From Antedon mediterranea (Eukaryota > Animalia > Echinodermata), in assembly GCF_964355755.1 (NCBI RefSeq), contig NC_092671.1, positions 7,006,001-7,070,000 of the forward strand: 64,000 bases of DNA, given 5' to 3'. Positions 12,041 to 25,600 of this stretch are shown here, in pieces. The translations under genes were made by a program, and so were the position numbers. Below the pieces are notes generated by a model. It was not told the DNA's origin. It worked only from the letters and a program-made list of their open reading frames with translations, and made no database searches. The stretch's first letter is position 1, and every line of letters starts with the position of its first letter.

Positions 12041-13489
12041 ATGGGGAATTTTGACTTTTTAGATGATGTTAGGCGGATGAACAAGCGACAGGTAATGCAT
12101 ATACAATTAAAAAATTGTAGGCCTTTTTTGCAATATCTGTTCAGCCACCTTTGCTCTCAGCTAGGCCAGGCCCTGACTGAGGCTCTGCTGGGGATGGAGG
12201 AATCCGAACAGCCGGTGTGTTCGCACTCTCGGCTCAGGTGCTCATCCTGGGTAGCTTGAAAGAATCCATCCATATGGATGGGTGTCGTAGACGGGACTAG
12301 CTAGGCATAGGGCTGTCATTTGACAATTTATTTCTTGTTTAATGCTAATTCAAATACAACTTGAACTTTCTTAATATTTTTCAGCTTTTTTACCAAGTTT
12401 TAAATTTTGGAATGATAGTATCATCAGCACTAATGATCTGGAAAGGGCTGATGGTTGTGACAAGCAGTGAAAGTCCCATCGTTGTTGTTTTAAGGTAATT
12501 ATATAAAATAATAAATTTATAAATAAACTAGACCTTTAAACAAAAGTATAATTTTTATTTTGTTTAGTGACATCGATAATTGTGATTTATTTAGCTAGCT
12601 AGGGTCTAGATAATTTTGTGATTTATTTAGCTAGCTAGGGCCTAGATAATTTTGTAATTTATTTAATCGACTCTTGGCTTTCTGTTCCCTGTGTAAAACT
12701 AATCGATATTTGTAATTTTCTTTAGTGGTAGTATGGAACCAGCATTCCACCGTGGTGATCTTTTATTCCTCACCAATCATCAGTCAGACCCAATTCGTGT
12801 AGGAGAAATTGTTGTTTTTAAAATTGAAGGACGAGAAATACCAATTGTGCACCGAGTTTTGCGATTACATGAAAAGTAAGACAAACATTTCTTGATAATG
12901 ATAAATTTAATATTTTGATAACTTCACCCTTTATTCATATACATTCAATCATCATGTCCTTATTTGATATTAATCCTCTAACTTCATCAGTCTAAACAAA
13001 ATTAATATACAACAATTAACTTTTTTTCGTTTTTCAGAGAAGATGGAAAAATAAAATTTTTGACGAAAGGGGATAACAATTCAGTAGATGATCGTGGTTT
13101 ATATGCTCCTGGTCAGTTGTGGCTTGAACGAAAAGATGTTGTAGGCAGGGCGAGAGGTTTTGTACCATATGTTGGAATAGTAACAATCCTAATGAACGAT
13201 TATCCTAAATTTAAGGTGAGAAATTCCTTGAAAACGACAATTTGCCACTGAAACATATTTAAAACTCTATTAAGGTGATAATGAGGGCAATATATGTTTT
13301 AAAACCTTTCAAGGGGACATTTTGTTCGGTGCTAAAGTTGTTTCCTTAATAGGGACTTGTTCTACAGTAAATAACAATGACAATTAAATGTACACACTCT
13401 TTTTAATTTTTGAGAATGTATTTTTTATTTTTCCACAGTATCTGGTGCTTTTGGGATTAGGGTTGTTTGTTCTAATTCACCGAGAATAA
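12041..13489 (+). CDS. SEC11: Signal peptidase complex catalytic subunit SEC11, 179 aa, 5 exons
   Basis: Exons 12041-12091, 12385-12494, 12726-12875, 13038-13215, 13439-13489 (540 nt). Motifs [32 protein letters not shown] (catalytic Ser), IPIVHRV (His), [17 protein letters not shown]-terminal HRE*. Confidence 0.98.
12141..12316 (+). other. GC-rich, multi-stem structured element in SEC11 intron 1 (candidate ncRNA or cis-regulatory RNA)
   Basis: Nested complementary segments with G-U pairs on the plus strand and a UUCG-capped hairpin. No RNA family recognised. Confidence 0.45.
12576..12666. repeat. ~36 bp tandem repeat (about 2.5 copies) in SEC11 intron 2
   Basis: gataatt(tt)gtgatttatttagctagctaggg(t/c)cta repeated. 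Confidence 0.8.
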
Positions 13490-14248
13490 AATATCGAAAG
13501 CGTTAAAATATTAACTGATTGAATGGATGTGCTTAGTGGCTGGTTGAACGATATTGAGGAATCCAACAACATACAAGAAAAGAACGAAGAAGGCCGTATT
13601 ATGTTCATTACTGTACCACCATATGATTTTTTATCGGTGTAATGAAATTTTAAAATAAAAAGTATGGTTTTAGAAAATTGAATTTGTATTTCAAATTGCA
13701 TTTTTTAAGTAATTTTTTATCTTATTTCAGTATTGTAATAGTAATTAGTCATTTAAAGACCAACAATTAAGTATAAATTAAAAATGAATATTCCAAGTTT
13801 TTCGTATTGTAAAAATAATGTTAATTACTGATTTCTTTAGTGGGTGATGTTTAACTTTTGTGTGAACATGGTTCTTACGTGGAAATACAGTATCTAAAAT
13901 ATCAGCAAAATTTGACTTTTCTGAAGTACCATGTGAGTCGCGGACTAATTAAATAAAAAAGTTTATTCATATTAGCACATAATTTAAGAAGGCTCTGAAT
14001 GCCCTGGGTCTCAAACGGGATATTCTTCTCCGATCCAACATAATTCATATTTATTAAATTAAATGCTAATAAAAAAATGGATCATAATAGTTTTTTAAAA
14101 TTTGATGGTGGGTTATTCAAAAGCGGCACTAATTTAGAATTAACTGTACTATAAAATCTTGTACTTACTTTCTCTATGTCGACTTAACCGTTGCATTTTG
14201 TAACCATCAGGAACTTATTTAAACTGAATTAATTTCATGATACTCTTA

Positions 14249-14391
14249 AGCTCTGTCTACACTATCAAATTAGTTTGATAAAAGTGTGTGCCCAAATATG
14301 GTAGTAATATGGTAGTAATAATATGACATCATCATGTCCATTTATGGGCACATGACATTTTGTTGTTGCATAAAGTGTGATGTGACAGAGC
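14249..14391. mobile_element. MITE family H1, copy 4
   Basis: tta|agctctgtctacactatcaaa...gacagagct|ta. Confidence 0.8.
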
Positions 14392-15094
14392 TTACATTTC
14401 TGTGTGCTATAAACGTTTTTCTTATTGGTCTATATGCTATGTTTTCTTAGGGTTCTTCAGTAATTTTCATATGTTACATTGGTGGCCACAATGTACAAAA
14501 GTAATTAATATCTACTCATTGTATACTGTATTATTTGTGACTTTTTAACACTGATTTTTTTTCTTTTTAAAATGAAATATTGGTCTTAAAGCAGTGTTTT
14601 CTATCAGCTTTTTGTCTTTATTTTGTTGGTACAAGCAGGGAGCACTCTTGCCTGGTACAAGAATAAATTTTGTCCATTCCGCAATTAAATCTTCTTTTTG
14701 TAATACAATAGTTGATTTCTGTATTTTTTTCTGTATAACATACACGAACTCGCCGTTGTTACGTACATGGTTTATATTTCATCATTTGTGTTACAACTAA
14801 CAAATATAAAAAATCGACTTACAGCACCACTTCGGGAATAGAAACATCTGAATTGTTGGAGCCAAATCTGTGTATTATAACATAATATTAAATAATAACA
14901 TGGATGAAAACTATAGAGAATAACACAAAAAGAAAAGTCTATAAAATATTACAATAATCCATCAAAGTTCTCTAAGCGCTTGTGGAATAACTAATCCGTA
15001 ACTTACAAAAACTACCATATTTTAGGCCGTGTTTTCTTCACAACATTAACCGATAAAAAGTAACCGATAAACTTCCTGTGGAAACCTGTTTAAC

Positions 15095-15130
15095 CATAGA
15101 GATATTATAGTGAACTATAATATCTCTATG
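15095..15130. mobile_element. 36-bp palindrome with 7-bp target-site duplication (P-element-type remnant)
   Basis: gtttaac|catagagatattatag-tgaa-ctataatatctctatg|gtttaac. Confidence 0.7.
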
Positions 15131-15556
15131 GTTTAACCGACTCCACAAGAGAAAAATGTAACGATTAGTATCTCATTCAAACCAGATAATTATCAAATAA
15201 ATGTGATAAAATTATATTTTAATGAATTACCTGATTCTTGTTTGGCTGCGGAAACACGCCTTAGCAGAATTTAGCTTAGGCGTGTAGACAGGGCTTTAGT
15301 CTGTTGGCACTAATCGCTCTGATATAGTTTCTATTTTTTATTTTATTTATTCAAATTCTCACAAAAATGTACAAACAAAGCAAGAAAAAGACAAAACATA
15401 TATCATCGTAATAATACTGTTATATACAATTTGTCAATAAATAATCCTCACGTGAACAAACGTATTTTGATAATAATATGTAGTAAGATAGAAAGCACTA
15501 GTATCAGTGCATTTTAAACTAAGATAACTAAAACAACTGAGCAAAGTCCGTTATTC

Positions 15557-15578
15557 TATATAATTCACTGCACGTGAA
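15557..15578 (+). promoter_or_regulatory. Putative core promoter of gene A (TATA + E-box)
   Basis: tatataa-7nt-cacgtgaa, followed by a donor (g|gtaag at 15629) and an acceptor (cag 15881-15883) directly before the ATG; additional TCACGTGA at 15448-15455. Confidence 0.5.
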
Positions 15579-15883
15579 TGCGACACAAATCACAGTAGGA
15601 AATACATAGTAAGAAGACATTTTTTACGGTAAGATAATGGAATTAAAAACAATATTTTGGTGGTGAAAACGTGAAAATTTAGTCTAGGTGTGAGTGAAGC
15701 AGCTTGAAACACAAAACAGTGTGTGAAAACCACCATTGCATATTCTGGGAATGTAAACGGTCATGAGACTGTGGAGGGAGGTCCACCAAACCACCCCGGT
15801 TATCCGCTTCTGATGGTACTCCTAGTTTTATATAATTAAGCCAGACTGTAGTGTCATTATTCGTATTTTGCTTATTATTTCAG

Positions 15884-18800
15884 ATGAATTTCCTCTGCCC
15901 ACTTAGTGTTTTTATGGTGTTGTCCGTCCTCAGTTCTGTATTAGCAGAATTCAATCCCAAAGTATGTAAGCCATATACCCCCAGTGTTAAACAACCCCCG
16001 GCATTCCCGAGTTTATTCTACTGGCGAATGGAGGTTAACGAAAATGAACAGCTAACGGCAGACGTACAGCAGTGGGTTGACGGTTATAAACAATCACTAA
16101 GTGTCATCTATAATGGTGTTGAGATCAAGACACTCTCAGACTATCAGCTAATGGAACAGTACATCCTGACATACAAACCTTACTATTGTAAATATAAATA
16201 CGTATTATTTTAAAACTTATAATAATAATAATTTAAGTTAAAACGTATAAATAATTTGACTAATATGATTATGAAATAAAATTAAAACATCCACATGTGG
16301 GTGATTATCCGTGAAAGATAGGTTTCCAACGATAACGACGACGACAAAGAAGACGACGTCGATAATAACGTCAACAATAATCTGACACGACAAGTCAGTG
16401 TTGGGTAGAGGACCGTGGTCAACAAGCGGCAAATTACGACGTCAACGATTATGATGAAAATGACGCATGATACAAAAACAAGACAGGGATGTCTTGGAAC
16501 AGATTGACACATCCAAATCTGGACCTACCTTGTCACAAACTGGTTTAGTCGGTGTAGACTAAAGCTCTGTCTACACTATCAAACTAGTGACAAAAAAAAT
16601 GTGATGTGCCCAAATATGGTAGTGATATTATGTCATCGTCCATATATGGACACATCGCATTTTTTGTCTGTTTTTACTGACAATGGTGGTTTGCAGACAG
16701 AAAATTCTATAACATAATCTATTTTATTATATTTATTTTGTCTGTCACAGTCGATAGAGGTATTCCTGAATGCGAAGTACTCAAAGTAGACCTTACTCCA
16801 TCTACTGAAGGTGTGTACACATCCAAGTCTGGTCCTCTATCAGCTCTCCTTGGCAACCGTATTGTCACCAATAGTTTTAGAGACGATTATCCGTCAGTGT
16901 ATATTGGTGAATCCGATGTTCGCGGAATACCATGTGATCACTACAGGGCATGTGGGTACTACGCTTTGTATGACACCACTTTTGTTATGGATTACTACAT
17001 ATCAAAATCAGGGTAAGGTAGTATTACACATTTTCTCGTTTATTTTTAAGACGACGCCAATTGTACTGACAACTCAACTAAACTTCCTAATGGGAAAGTT
17101 GCTATGCAGGCCTCTCAGATTTAATATGAATACATGTATGAACACAGTGTTGATAAACGGTTGAATGTGATGGTCTTGAAGACGGTGACGATTGTTCATT
17201 ATTATCAATAAAGGTTGTTGGTTTGACCTGGATCTTGAAAAGCAACTTTCATACTATATTAAGCTGAAGTCGTATACTGTGTTTTCAAGGCAGAGGCAGC
17301 ATAATTTCCTCTCGTTGTAAGAATAACTTCCAGAAACCATGTTTTGTTTTAGATACCAAACTGCATCTGGAACCGATCCCATACCCGTAAGAGCGGTAGT
17401 TGTTGGTGAAGCGATTCTAAAGTCAGGTTATGTGTATCCAATCAACTTTATTTATGAACTGCTATTTTTTCGAACTGATCCGATTCCTGTTATTGTTTTC
17501 CAGGTTTGATTTTCTAACTTGTTTAAAGCTCTGTCTACAATATCAAACCAGTTTGCAAACAAAGTGTGATGTTCCCGTAAATGGTAGTGATATGCCCAAA
17601 TATGGTAGTGTCTGATATGACATAAGTTTGATGGTGTAGACAATGCTTAAGATTGTGTTATTGTATTGGAAAGATTGTGTCACAGCAAAATAAAATAAAA
17701 GAGCTATGATGATTTTCCATATTATATATGCTTTCAATTTACAGACACCACCAGGAGTCGGTTGCCCCAATAGAACTAAAACAACACCAATACCAATGCC
17801 ACCGGACCGGTTTCAAATGAGAGTCGAGGAAATCATTTCATCCAACCAAATAGTATTCTACGTGGATGTAAGTTTGATTCTGAATCAAAGATTTAAGTTT
17901 AAACAACAAGTTCTCTGGACTATAACTAGGGATGTAGTGAAAGTACAGGAACACAAATGTACAAATAAATCTAGAAAAAAAAAAGAAAAAAGAAAGAACC
18001 AACATTCGTAAAATATGGTACCAGTACATGGGTTTGTCTTATAACATTTACATTATGCCTATTCGGACACTCCTCATTCTGACAGGTTAAGTAAGTACAG
18101 TAATGTGTATATCTCTGAGATGGCGATACAATAGACCAACCACAGCAGTGTAATACATTGTCATACATTTATAAATACTAAACAAATGTAATCCTAAAGG
18201 TTATGTTACATCATTGATAGGAATGGTATGATTATCCTGCTAATTTAATCAGATTTGACTATGCACCACCAACAGCCATACCACAATACACGTATGGTTT
18301 GAATCCTATGAGTGAAATCCATGATTACAATACAGGTTGGTACGCCTACCGTAATTATATGATTTGTATATAGGCCTACAGTATATGTATCAGAGTGGCA
18401 TAGAATGAGTGACTGCACGGCTGGAAAAGGTAGATCACTGGAAAAATCCCAGTAAAAAATGTTGGAAAGACTTGGGATTCTGGGTCGAATCGCCTCGTGT
18501 ATGATTCGCCACTGGTATTTCTCTGTTTTTATGCTCCGATGTTCAAGCTTGTTTAGGAATCCGTATGGCCTTATTAGCTTTAGTTATTTACCAGGGTAAA
18601 GCTGCGTTCACATCAAGCCCGGATCCGGTCCGGTCCGGTCCGGTAAAGAATAGAAGCGGATTCGGGCTGCACTGATGTGAACACAGATTTAGTGGGATTC
18701 AATCATGGTCTAATTATCGATAACTTTCGTGGGTTTGTCATCATATCACCTGGTAAACACTGTAAGTGTAAGTGTGAACAGGCCCTAGAGGAAGACTTTC

Positions 18801-21800
18801 AGCAAATGATCTCCCTTAATCCACATTTACCAAAATATTCCAAATTCTTTCTAACGTCAGGTATAGCATATCTTATCGACAAATATACCAACAACTGTAC
18901 TGCCAAACCAATATACAACTCGACTTCTGATTCAGAGCCGACAGATGATCCCCATTACGTTAGATTAAGAACCGGGTCCGAACTGTTTGGTTACGATAAA
19001 GTTGACTATAACTACGAGGGTCAGGTAAGAATATAGATATTACTATCCAAGGTTAATTTATAGTCATTGTTTATAGTTGTTACCACTATTTAACCGCCAT
19101 TAATCATTGTCATAATTCATTTACCCGTCAGTATCTGTACGTTCATAAAGCGATTTGCATGTTTGAGGCCCAGGGAAGTGTATCATTTCACTCTTCCCTG
19201 ATAGGTCTAGATCTATTAGACATTACTATTAATTGATATCACTTTCCACTTAATTTCCAGAGAACTGTTCGAGGAATATTATGTGATGTTTGGGTCGGAA
19301 GCAGAAAAGATTGGCCACCTAACTTTGAAACGGACACTACCTGGGAAATGTATTGGGCTGCAGTTAGTAGGCCTATAATCATTATGTATCTTTTAGAAAT
19401 GATCTTAATTAATGGTTTGATTTATGGACGAGAGTTACTTGATCAAGATAATCTAATTGACGTCCTCTCTTTTTGTAAAGACACTTTGGTCACTAGGACG
19501 TTCATGTCCAGTTCGATATTACGTCCGACTTACAAAGATTAGGCCTACTTCAGATTAATTAAATTAGTAATTTAGTTCAAATTTTAATAGGCCTATTATC
19601 ATAGTTCTACAATATGAAAAATATCAATATCGACTCTTATGCAAAAAATATACAATATCATAAATTACAATATATATTAATATAATGACTTATTTCTACT
19701 GTTCACTTTCATAAGTCTTCTTTTAAAATTGTTAACAGGAAGGATGGGTGGATGATTCTGAAATGACTGGAGTGGCCAACCAACCAATACAACAAAGAGT
19801 ATACTTTATAAAAGAAGTAAGTCTAAGACCGATCATCTGTAGGCCTATACTGTATCCTCATGACACAGTTAACACCGTACCGTAGGTAAATTATGTAGGC
19901 CTACTCATACAATATCGATAATATGCTGTAGTATCATAGTTAAACGTTAATTATGTACGTCCCCAATCAGCTACTACTAAAATAAAACTGCTATTCTACA
20001 GTATGCAGGATTATTGTTAATAGAATGAAAGAGAGTGCGTGTTGACTGTTTGTTGGGGCATAATTCAGACGAAACAACATTCTGGCTATCTATATCTCAA
20101 ATTGTGCACATTAAGTAAAACACAAACAAGCACACATGGAGTAAATGAACACAAATTCAGTAACCGCTTACCGTAAATGTCTCAAGCTGTTATGCCTGCT
20201 TGTCCTTATTGCCGTCTTTAAGCTTCCGCATGTCCACTTCGAATGTCCGCATACCTTATTCCGTAACACGTAAGATCTGTTATTCTCAAAAAAGTCATGA
20301 CGTCACACATAGCCGAATAACCCGAAGAATTGTTCAGTTCACTTTTTTTAATTTCTTTATATATGGTAAACCTCAACTTATCCTAAAGCATCTTTTCCCT
20401 TGTCGCATTACGTTTAACAAACGTTTTGCCTTTATTTTATCGGGTCTTTTTATTATTTAATATTTTGCTAACCATTTGATATTCATTGGCCTACAGATAT
20501 TTTAAATTAGTGAGAAATCTATTTTACACTTTCATTAATCGTTTTCAATATTCAATTTTAGGAAACGGATATTATTATCAACACTTACAAATACAACGAA
20601 GAACCGATATCATACGCAGATTTCGATATTAGTCCCTGTTACCGCGATGAAGCTCATATGAGAGGACAATTTCAAATGTCAGGTATGCAATTTAAACTGT
20701 GTACATTATTTTAACTTAATAAACGCTATACTTCGGAGTTAAGCTTCAAGTTAATGCTTATACTATTTCATGTAGATGAAAAAAACGGCGAAGACACAAT
20801 AGACTTTGTTAGCAACAACGAATTAATATTTATTGAGGATGTTCGTAATTCTATCGCAGTCGCAGCAAAAGTTTCACCAATTCGAATTACTGATATATGG
20901 GTAAGTATATAACCAAAGGCAAGGTATTTAAAAACATATGGGTATGACTAGTTTTAAATTAATATACAAAAACAAAAATAGCCAAAGAGGATTTGCAAGC
21001 TGTTAGTAAACCCTGTTCTTTTTAAGACTAAAAAGTATTCTGGAAAGTTTTTCTGAATCGTTAACAAACAACATGTATTATAGATTCGTTACACGAGCAC
21101 AGTGTGGGTAGCATTTAAACTTCTTGATACGCCAAGCATACACGGTGACGTAGAAAATCCTGTAAAAGAGCCAGGCCTATCAGAGGCTTTTACAAACATA
21201 GAGACGGTCGTCAATGATGGTGGACTGACGGTGAAGATGATAAAATCAGATAAGGTATTTTTAATTTTTCAAAAAATGTAAACATTTCTGCCATATAAAA
21301 TACAAAGAAAAAACGAAATAAAAAAAGGCATGGAAAGACCAAACAGGTAGGCCTACTAAAAACCTATGCTAGTTGGTCAACACAGAACAGTGCATAGAAA
21401 TAAACAAAATAATTTCATTCCACAATTAAAGCATCTACAAGCGACCAACTACACACATTTTGAACATCAAAATTGTAAGCCTATTTATTATTTTCACTGT
21501 AATTTTCAATTCATAACATTTTATATTTCGAAAATTTAGAGCGAGATAACACTTTCTGCACAGCCAGAAACACTATCAACTGGCGCTATAGATCCAAACC
21601 TACCTGAACCAGATAAGACTTATTCAAGCGGTACGTACTAGTGTAGTAATGTTCAATTTCACTTTACCATGATAAATAATATAGTGGTTTTATACAAGTG
21701 GGTGCATATAGTTACATGAAAAATAATAATAGCTCATTAATAAAAATGTTCTTATGAATTAAGAATTTGTTAACAAGAAACCACAATTTTAAAACATACA

Positions 21801-22081
21801 TTTTTCCTCATTTAACATGATTAGAAATCGTTTTCTACTATTCCTGCTTCTACAATGTACCACCCGTCTGACGTGATTTCAATGACTTGCGATAGTCAGT
21901 TAAGATGTACCTAGTGACGGGTCATTGCATTTCAATTTGTTTCTATGTGTTTATATGTAACTGTATATATATTTTGTTATGGTTTCTTTTAGGAATGATG
22001 GCAGGTGTTGCCTGTGGAACTGCATTGGTTGGTTTAATAATTGGCGGTAGCATAGGTTATGTTATATTTCTACGACGCTAA
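15884..22081 (+). CDS. Gene A: uncharacterised type I membrane protein, one LolA/ependymin-like double-domain module, ~631 aa, 13 exons
   Basis: Exons 15884-16187, 16751-17012, 17353-17503, 17745-17867, 18221-18335, 18861-19024, 19261-19362, 19739-19816, 20562-20682, 20776-20900, 21084-21254, 21540-21630, 21993-22081 (1896 nt, no internal stop). Signal peptide MNFLCPLSVFMVLSVLSSVLA; motifs VRGIPCDHY, TPPGVGCP, EWYDY..L.RFDY, IHDYNTGIAYLID..NC, VRGILCDVW, FDISPC, VSPIRI; TM GMMAGVACGTALVGLIIGGSIGYVIFL then RR*. The fold assignment is inference. Confidence 0.88.
16563..16670. mobile_element. MITE family H1, copy 5 (truncated)
   Basis: taa|agctctgtctacactatcaaactagt..cccaaatatggtagtgat; right TIR missing. 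Confidence 0.75.
17527..17648. mobile_element. MITE family H1, copy 6
   Basis: agctctgtctacaatatcaaac...aagtttgatggtgtagacaatgct. Confidence 0.8.
18600..18690. mobile_element. Short Harbinger-like MITE with (ccggt)n core
   Basis: TIR gctgcgttcacatca / tgatgtgaacacag, inner gcccggatcc / ggattcgggc. Confidence 0.5.
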
Positions 22082-22270
22082 GTTTTTAACATACACATTG
22101 AAGTTTAATAATTACATATTTCATGCTTGTACAGCTGTAACTATTAACAAATTGCAAATGAAAGAAAAGAAGACTAAATTTATGACATTAAACAAAAATA
22201 TATCTTCAGTTAATTTGCGCTTTCATTAGTTGTTGCATCACCAGATCATTGGATCAACATCACTCTGTTG

Positions 22271-22295
22271 TATATATATATATATATATATATAT
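22271..22295. repeat. (TA)n microsatellite between convergent genes A and B
   Basis: About 12 TA units. Confidence 0.9.
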
Positions 22296-22614
22296 TAGCA
22301 TGAAGTGCGTGCCATACATATCTTTGTTTTGTATCAACAAAATGCATAATGGATTATTAAAAATTAGTTTGTGAACTTGTTTTTTATTACTGTTTCTATT
22401 CTACATCCGGAAATCACATTCTATCACTAATGGGGTACTGTATTGTATGGCGGTATAACGGGCAGCACTCGATTACCAACCACTACCATTCTCGGTGTGT
22501 TCCGACGTACGTGTTGAATAATACATACATGGGTCGTGCATTGTCTATGTAACCAAACCAAGATTTTTTACCAACATTTTCAGTAACCGTAACGTCCTTA
22601 TTCATATGCGTAAA

Positions 22615-25600
22615 CTACCAGGTATCTGCTAATATCTCTTGAGCCGGTAATCCACCAGATGATTTACCGTTAGAATCACCTTTTTTCTTGGCAAAATAAA
22701 ACATAAAGGCAACAGCTAAAAGGATGCCGATGATGCATGTCCCAAGTGCCACACCAATAACAGCACCTTAAACAAAAAAAAGATAAGTAATGAAGATTGT
22801 GTTTATTAAATAAGATAAGATTTGATTTATATGTATATCAATAAAAACATATAAAATGTATGATACAAGATATATAAATATATACAATTTCAATTTAAAA
22901 GAGGAAAAAATTATAGAAACGGAGATGCAGGATAGCCCATGAAAGTCTCGATGTGGGACATATTTCCAATGCGGTCCTCACACAGAAATTATGCGATCTT
23001 CGAATTTATTAATTAGAGATAATTTTCTAGCCTGCTAGATTAAAGAATGGAATTGATTTTCAGTTAATTTTGTTGAGAAGTGAAAATAGTGCGAAATAAC
23101 ACATACCTTCTAAGTTTTGTGTTTTAGCTTTCAAATACAAATTTTAGTACTTACCGACTTTATGGTCACCTGCGTCTGGTTCTGTTTGGGTAATGGTTTG
23201 AAAACTATTATGGTCGACCAGGAATAGGTATATCTAGAATAGGTGAGATAGAAAATGAGAGTTGAAATGTTTTCATTTGGATGGGTAAACTGAAAAATAC
23301 ATTTAACATAAGCTTTTGAAAATTGACTAAGAAAGAGATGGAGAGACGAACAAAGTTAATCAGAAGACTGCAAGACCATTTCATGGAAAATGTTAATGTT
23401 AATCTTAAGCTCTGTCTACACTATCTAATGTTATGTTACAAAAAAATGTGATGTACCCATTTATGGACATGATGATGTATTATCACTAACCTAATTAAGC
23501 ATATCACTACCATATTTGGGCACATCACTTTAGTTCTAAATGTACACAAGATTGAATCATTATCTCTTTCTCTTGTTTGTCGCCACTTGCACTGTTTCTT
23601 TGAAAACATTCCGTAGCCATCGCATTATTTACCAAAATCAAAAAGAAACAATTATCTGTTTAATAGTGAATAAATATTTAATCACTTACCGATTCACCTT
23701 CTTCTTCCATTCCTTTCATTGGTGTATTATCTCCGTTGATAATCATAGTGATAATAAATGATCCACTATCTACAGCAACTTTCAGAGCAGACGAGGCATC
23801 ATCAACGCTCCGCTCTTCAACAATGTTACTTTTGTCCAATATTGTGAATCTGATTAAAACTTTATCAGCAGATTTCGACAGATGAGTCTAGATATAAAAA
23901 AACAAAAAAAAACATTTGATACATAAATAAACAAAACAACAAACAAAGTTCAATGTTTATAAAGTTTTAATTTCGATTAAGGATTTCGTTACCGTTATTG
24001 AATGAATGCGAATTGGTGAAATTCCAGCAGTTCTTGACAAAATGAGAAGAGTGGTAGACCTGAACCATTCGTTGTACTTCTCAATTACGGTCCAGTAACT
24101 TCCTATTAAACGAGATATAACCTTTCAACTCTATTTATTTACAAACAAATTGTACTGTACTGTATTTACTCACACATGAGTAAAATTGCAATAATAATAA
24201 TTCCATTTTTTCCAGGTTTGTTTGTATTGTTTCTCTGCACGCACACATAACATTGACATTAATAAAACAAAGTTTGTGTTGGAGACAAAATTTAAGTCAT
24301 GGTCACCAGATTAAAATTTTAAAATAAAATAAAATATATTAAAATAAAATAGAATAAATAAAATATTGAAGTTTGCAAGAACAACTAATAATATTAAGAA
24401 ACAGTAGCAAGAGATTTAATTGCAAGTTTGATGAACATTACATTACTTTCAGCTTTATCAAATTCGAATTAAAATTCCAGACAACTTTTTGATTATTGTA
24501 TTGTTAATTCAACGACTGGTTAACAAATTCTATAAAGGCCTACTATGACATTTGCACAATTAATACTGTATAAACTCAAAAAATGGTTATATGCATTTTT
24601 AGCGACTGTTCTTTCAGAGAAATTCACTCTTCCCTGGTTCCATCACGTAGACGAGGCATTGTGTGCGAGATGTTATTAAAGAATCATGTAAATCGGCCTT
24701 ACGTTGTAAAATTCGGTCAAAAATGTAAAACTGAAATTGGGATAATACCGTTTAAAGTTATATAATGTTCACCTTCCAATTCAGCTGGCGTTTAGCCATG
24801 AAAAACATTTATATAGTACCTTTACCGATATAAAAGCACGCTTTACAGTAAACATATCTATTTTATTAATTAGATTTTAAAATAGGACAACATTACCTGC
24901 CATTGCCATTTGAAATTTTAAGTTGTTTGCCTGATTATAACATTGACTGACATCAAAAACATTACTTCGTGGATGATTGGTATTAAAGTTGTACATATTC
25001 ACCATAATAAGCTGATCTTCAATTGGACCCTTATAAAATAAGAATAATAAATAAAATAAGAAGCTATGTTATTCGAATACGCAAAAAGTTTGTTTTATTC
25101 GGTACAATCAACATACCAAGGATTACCCATAAAGCTAAACAAGCTTATTTCCAATTGGGTCCTTATAATAAAAAAGTTAATTTTTTTATGTTAAAAAATG
25201 TAATTTACTGTTGAATATAAAGTGGTTTTAAATGTATATACAATCTGTAATGATGCCTGTATTATATAATTATTATAGACACATTTACATACCTCATGCC
25301 TAGCTTCTATGTGGATTGGCATCTTCTGTGTTAATACATCCGTTGTAATAATTTGAAAACTATCCTAAAATGAAAACAAACATTCATTTCATTTCATTTA
25401 TTTCGAAAATACAGACAAACAACCTTTAATCGTCACGAAATAGCCGTCATGAAACGGTAACCGGTTAGCTAATCATCATTGATAAACGGGCATAACTTGT
25501 GATGTAAGCGAGATTATGATATACTACCGTACTTGTTGATTATTTCACTTACAAGTGCGTAATAAACTTCAATAATCCATGAACTTTCTTGAACCGTTCC

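Noticed and set aside
11954-12259. 101-aa ORF
   Set aside because: SEC11 exon 1 read through into intron 1; the true start is 12041 with a donor at 12092.
12173-12290. Hammerhead ribozyme (CUGA..GA / GAAA / GUC in the right order)
   Set aside because: Core reads CUGACUGA, stem II lacks the G-C pair next to GAAA, and stems I and III do not pair in register. Kept only as a generic structured element.
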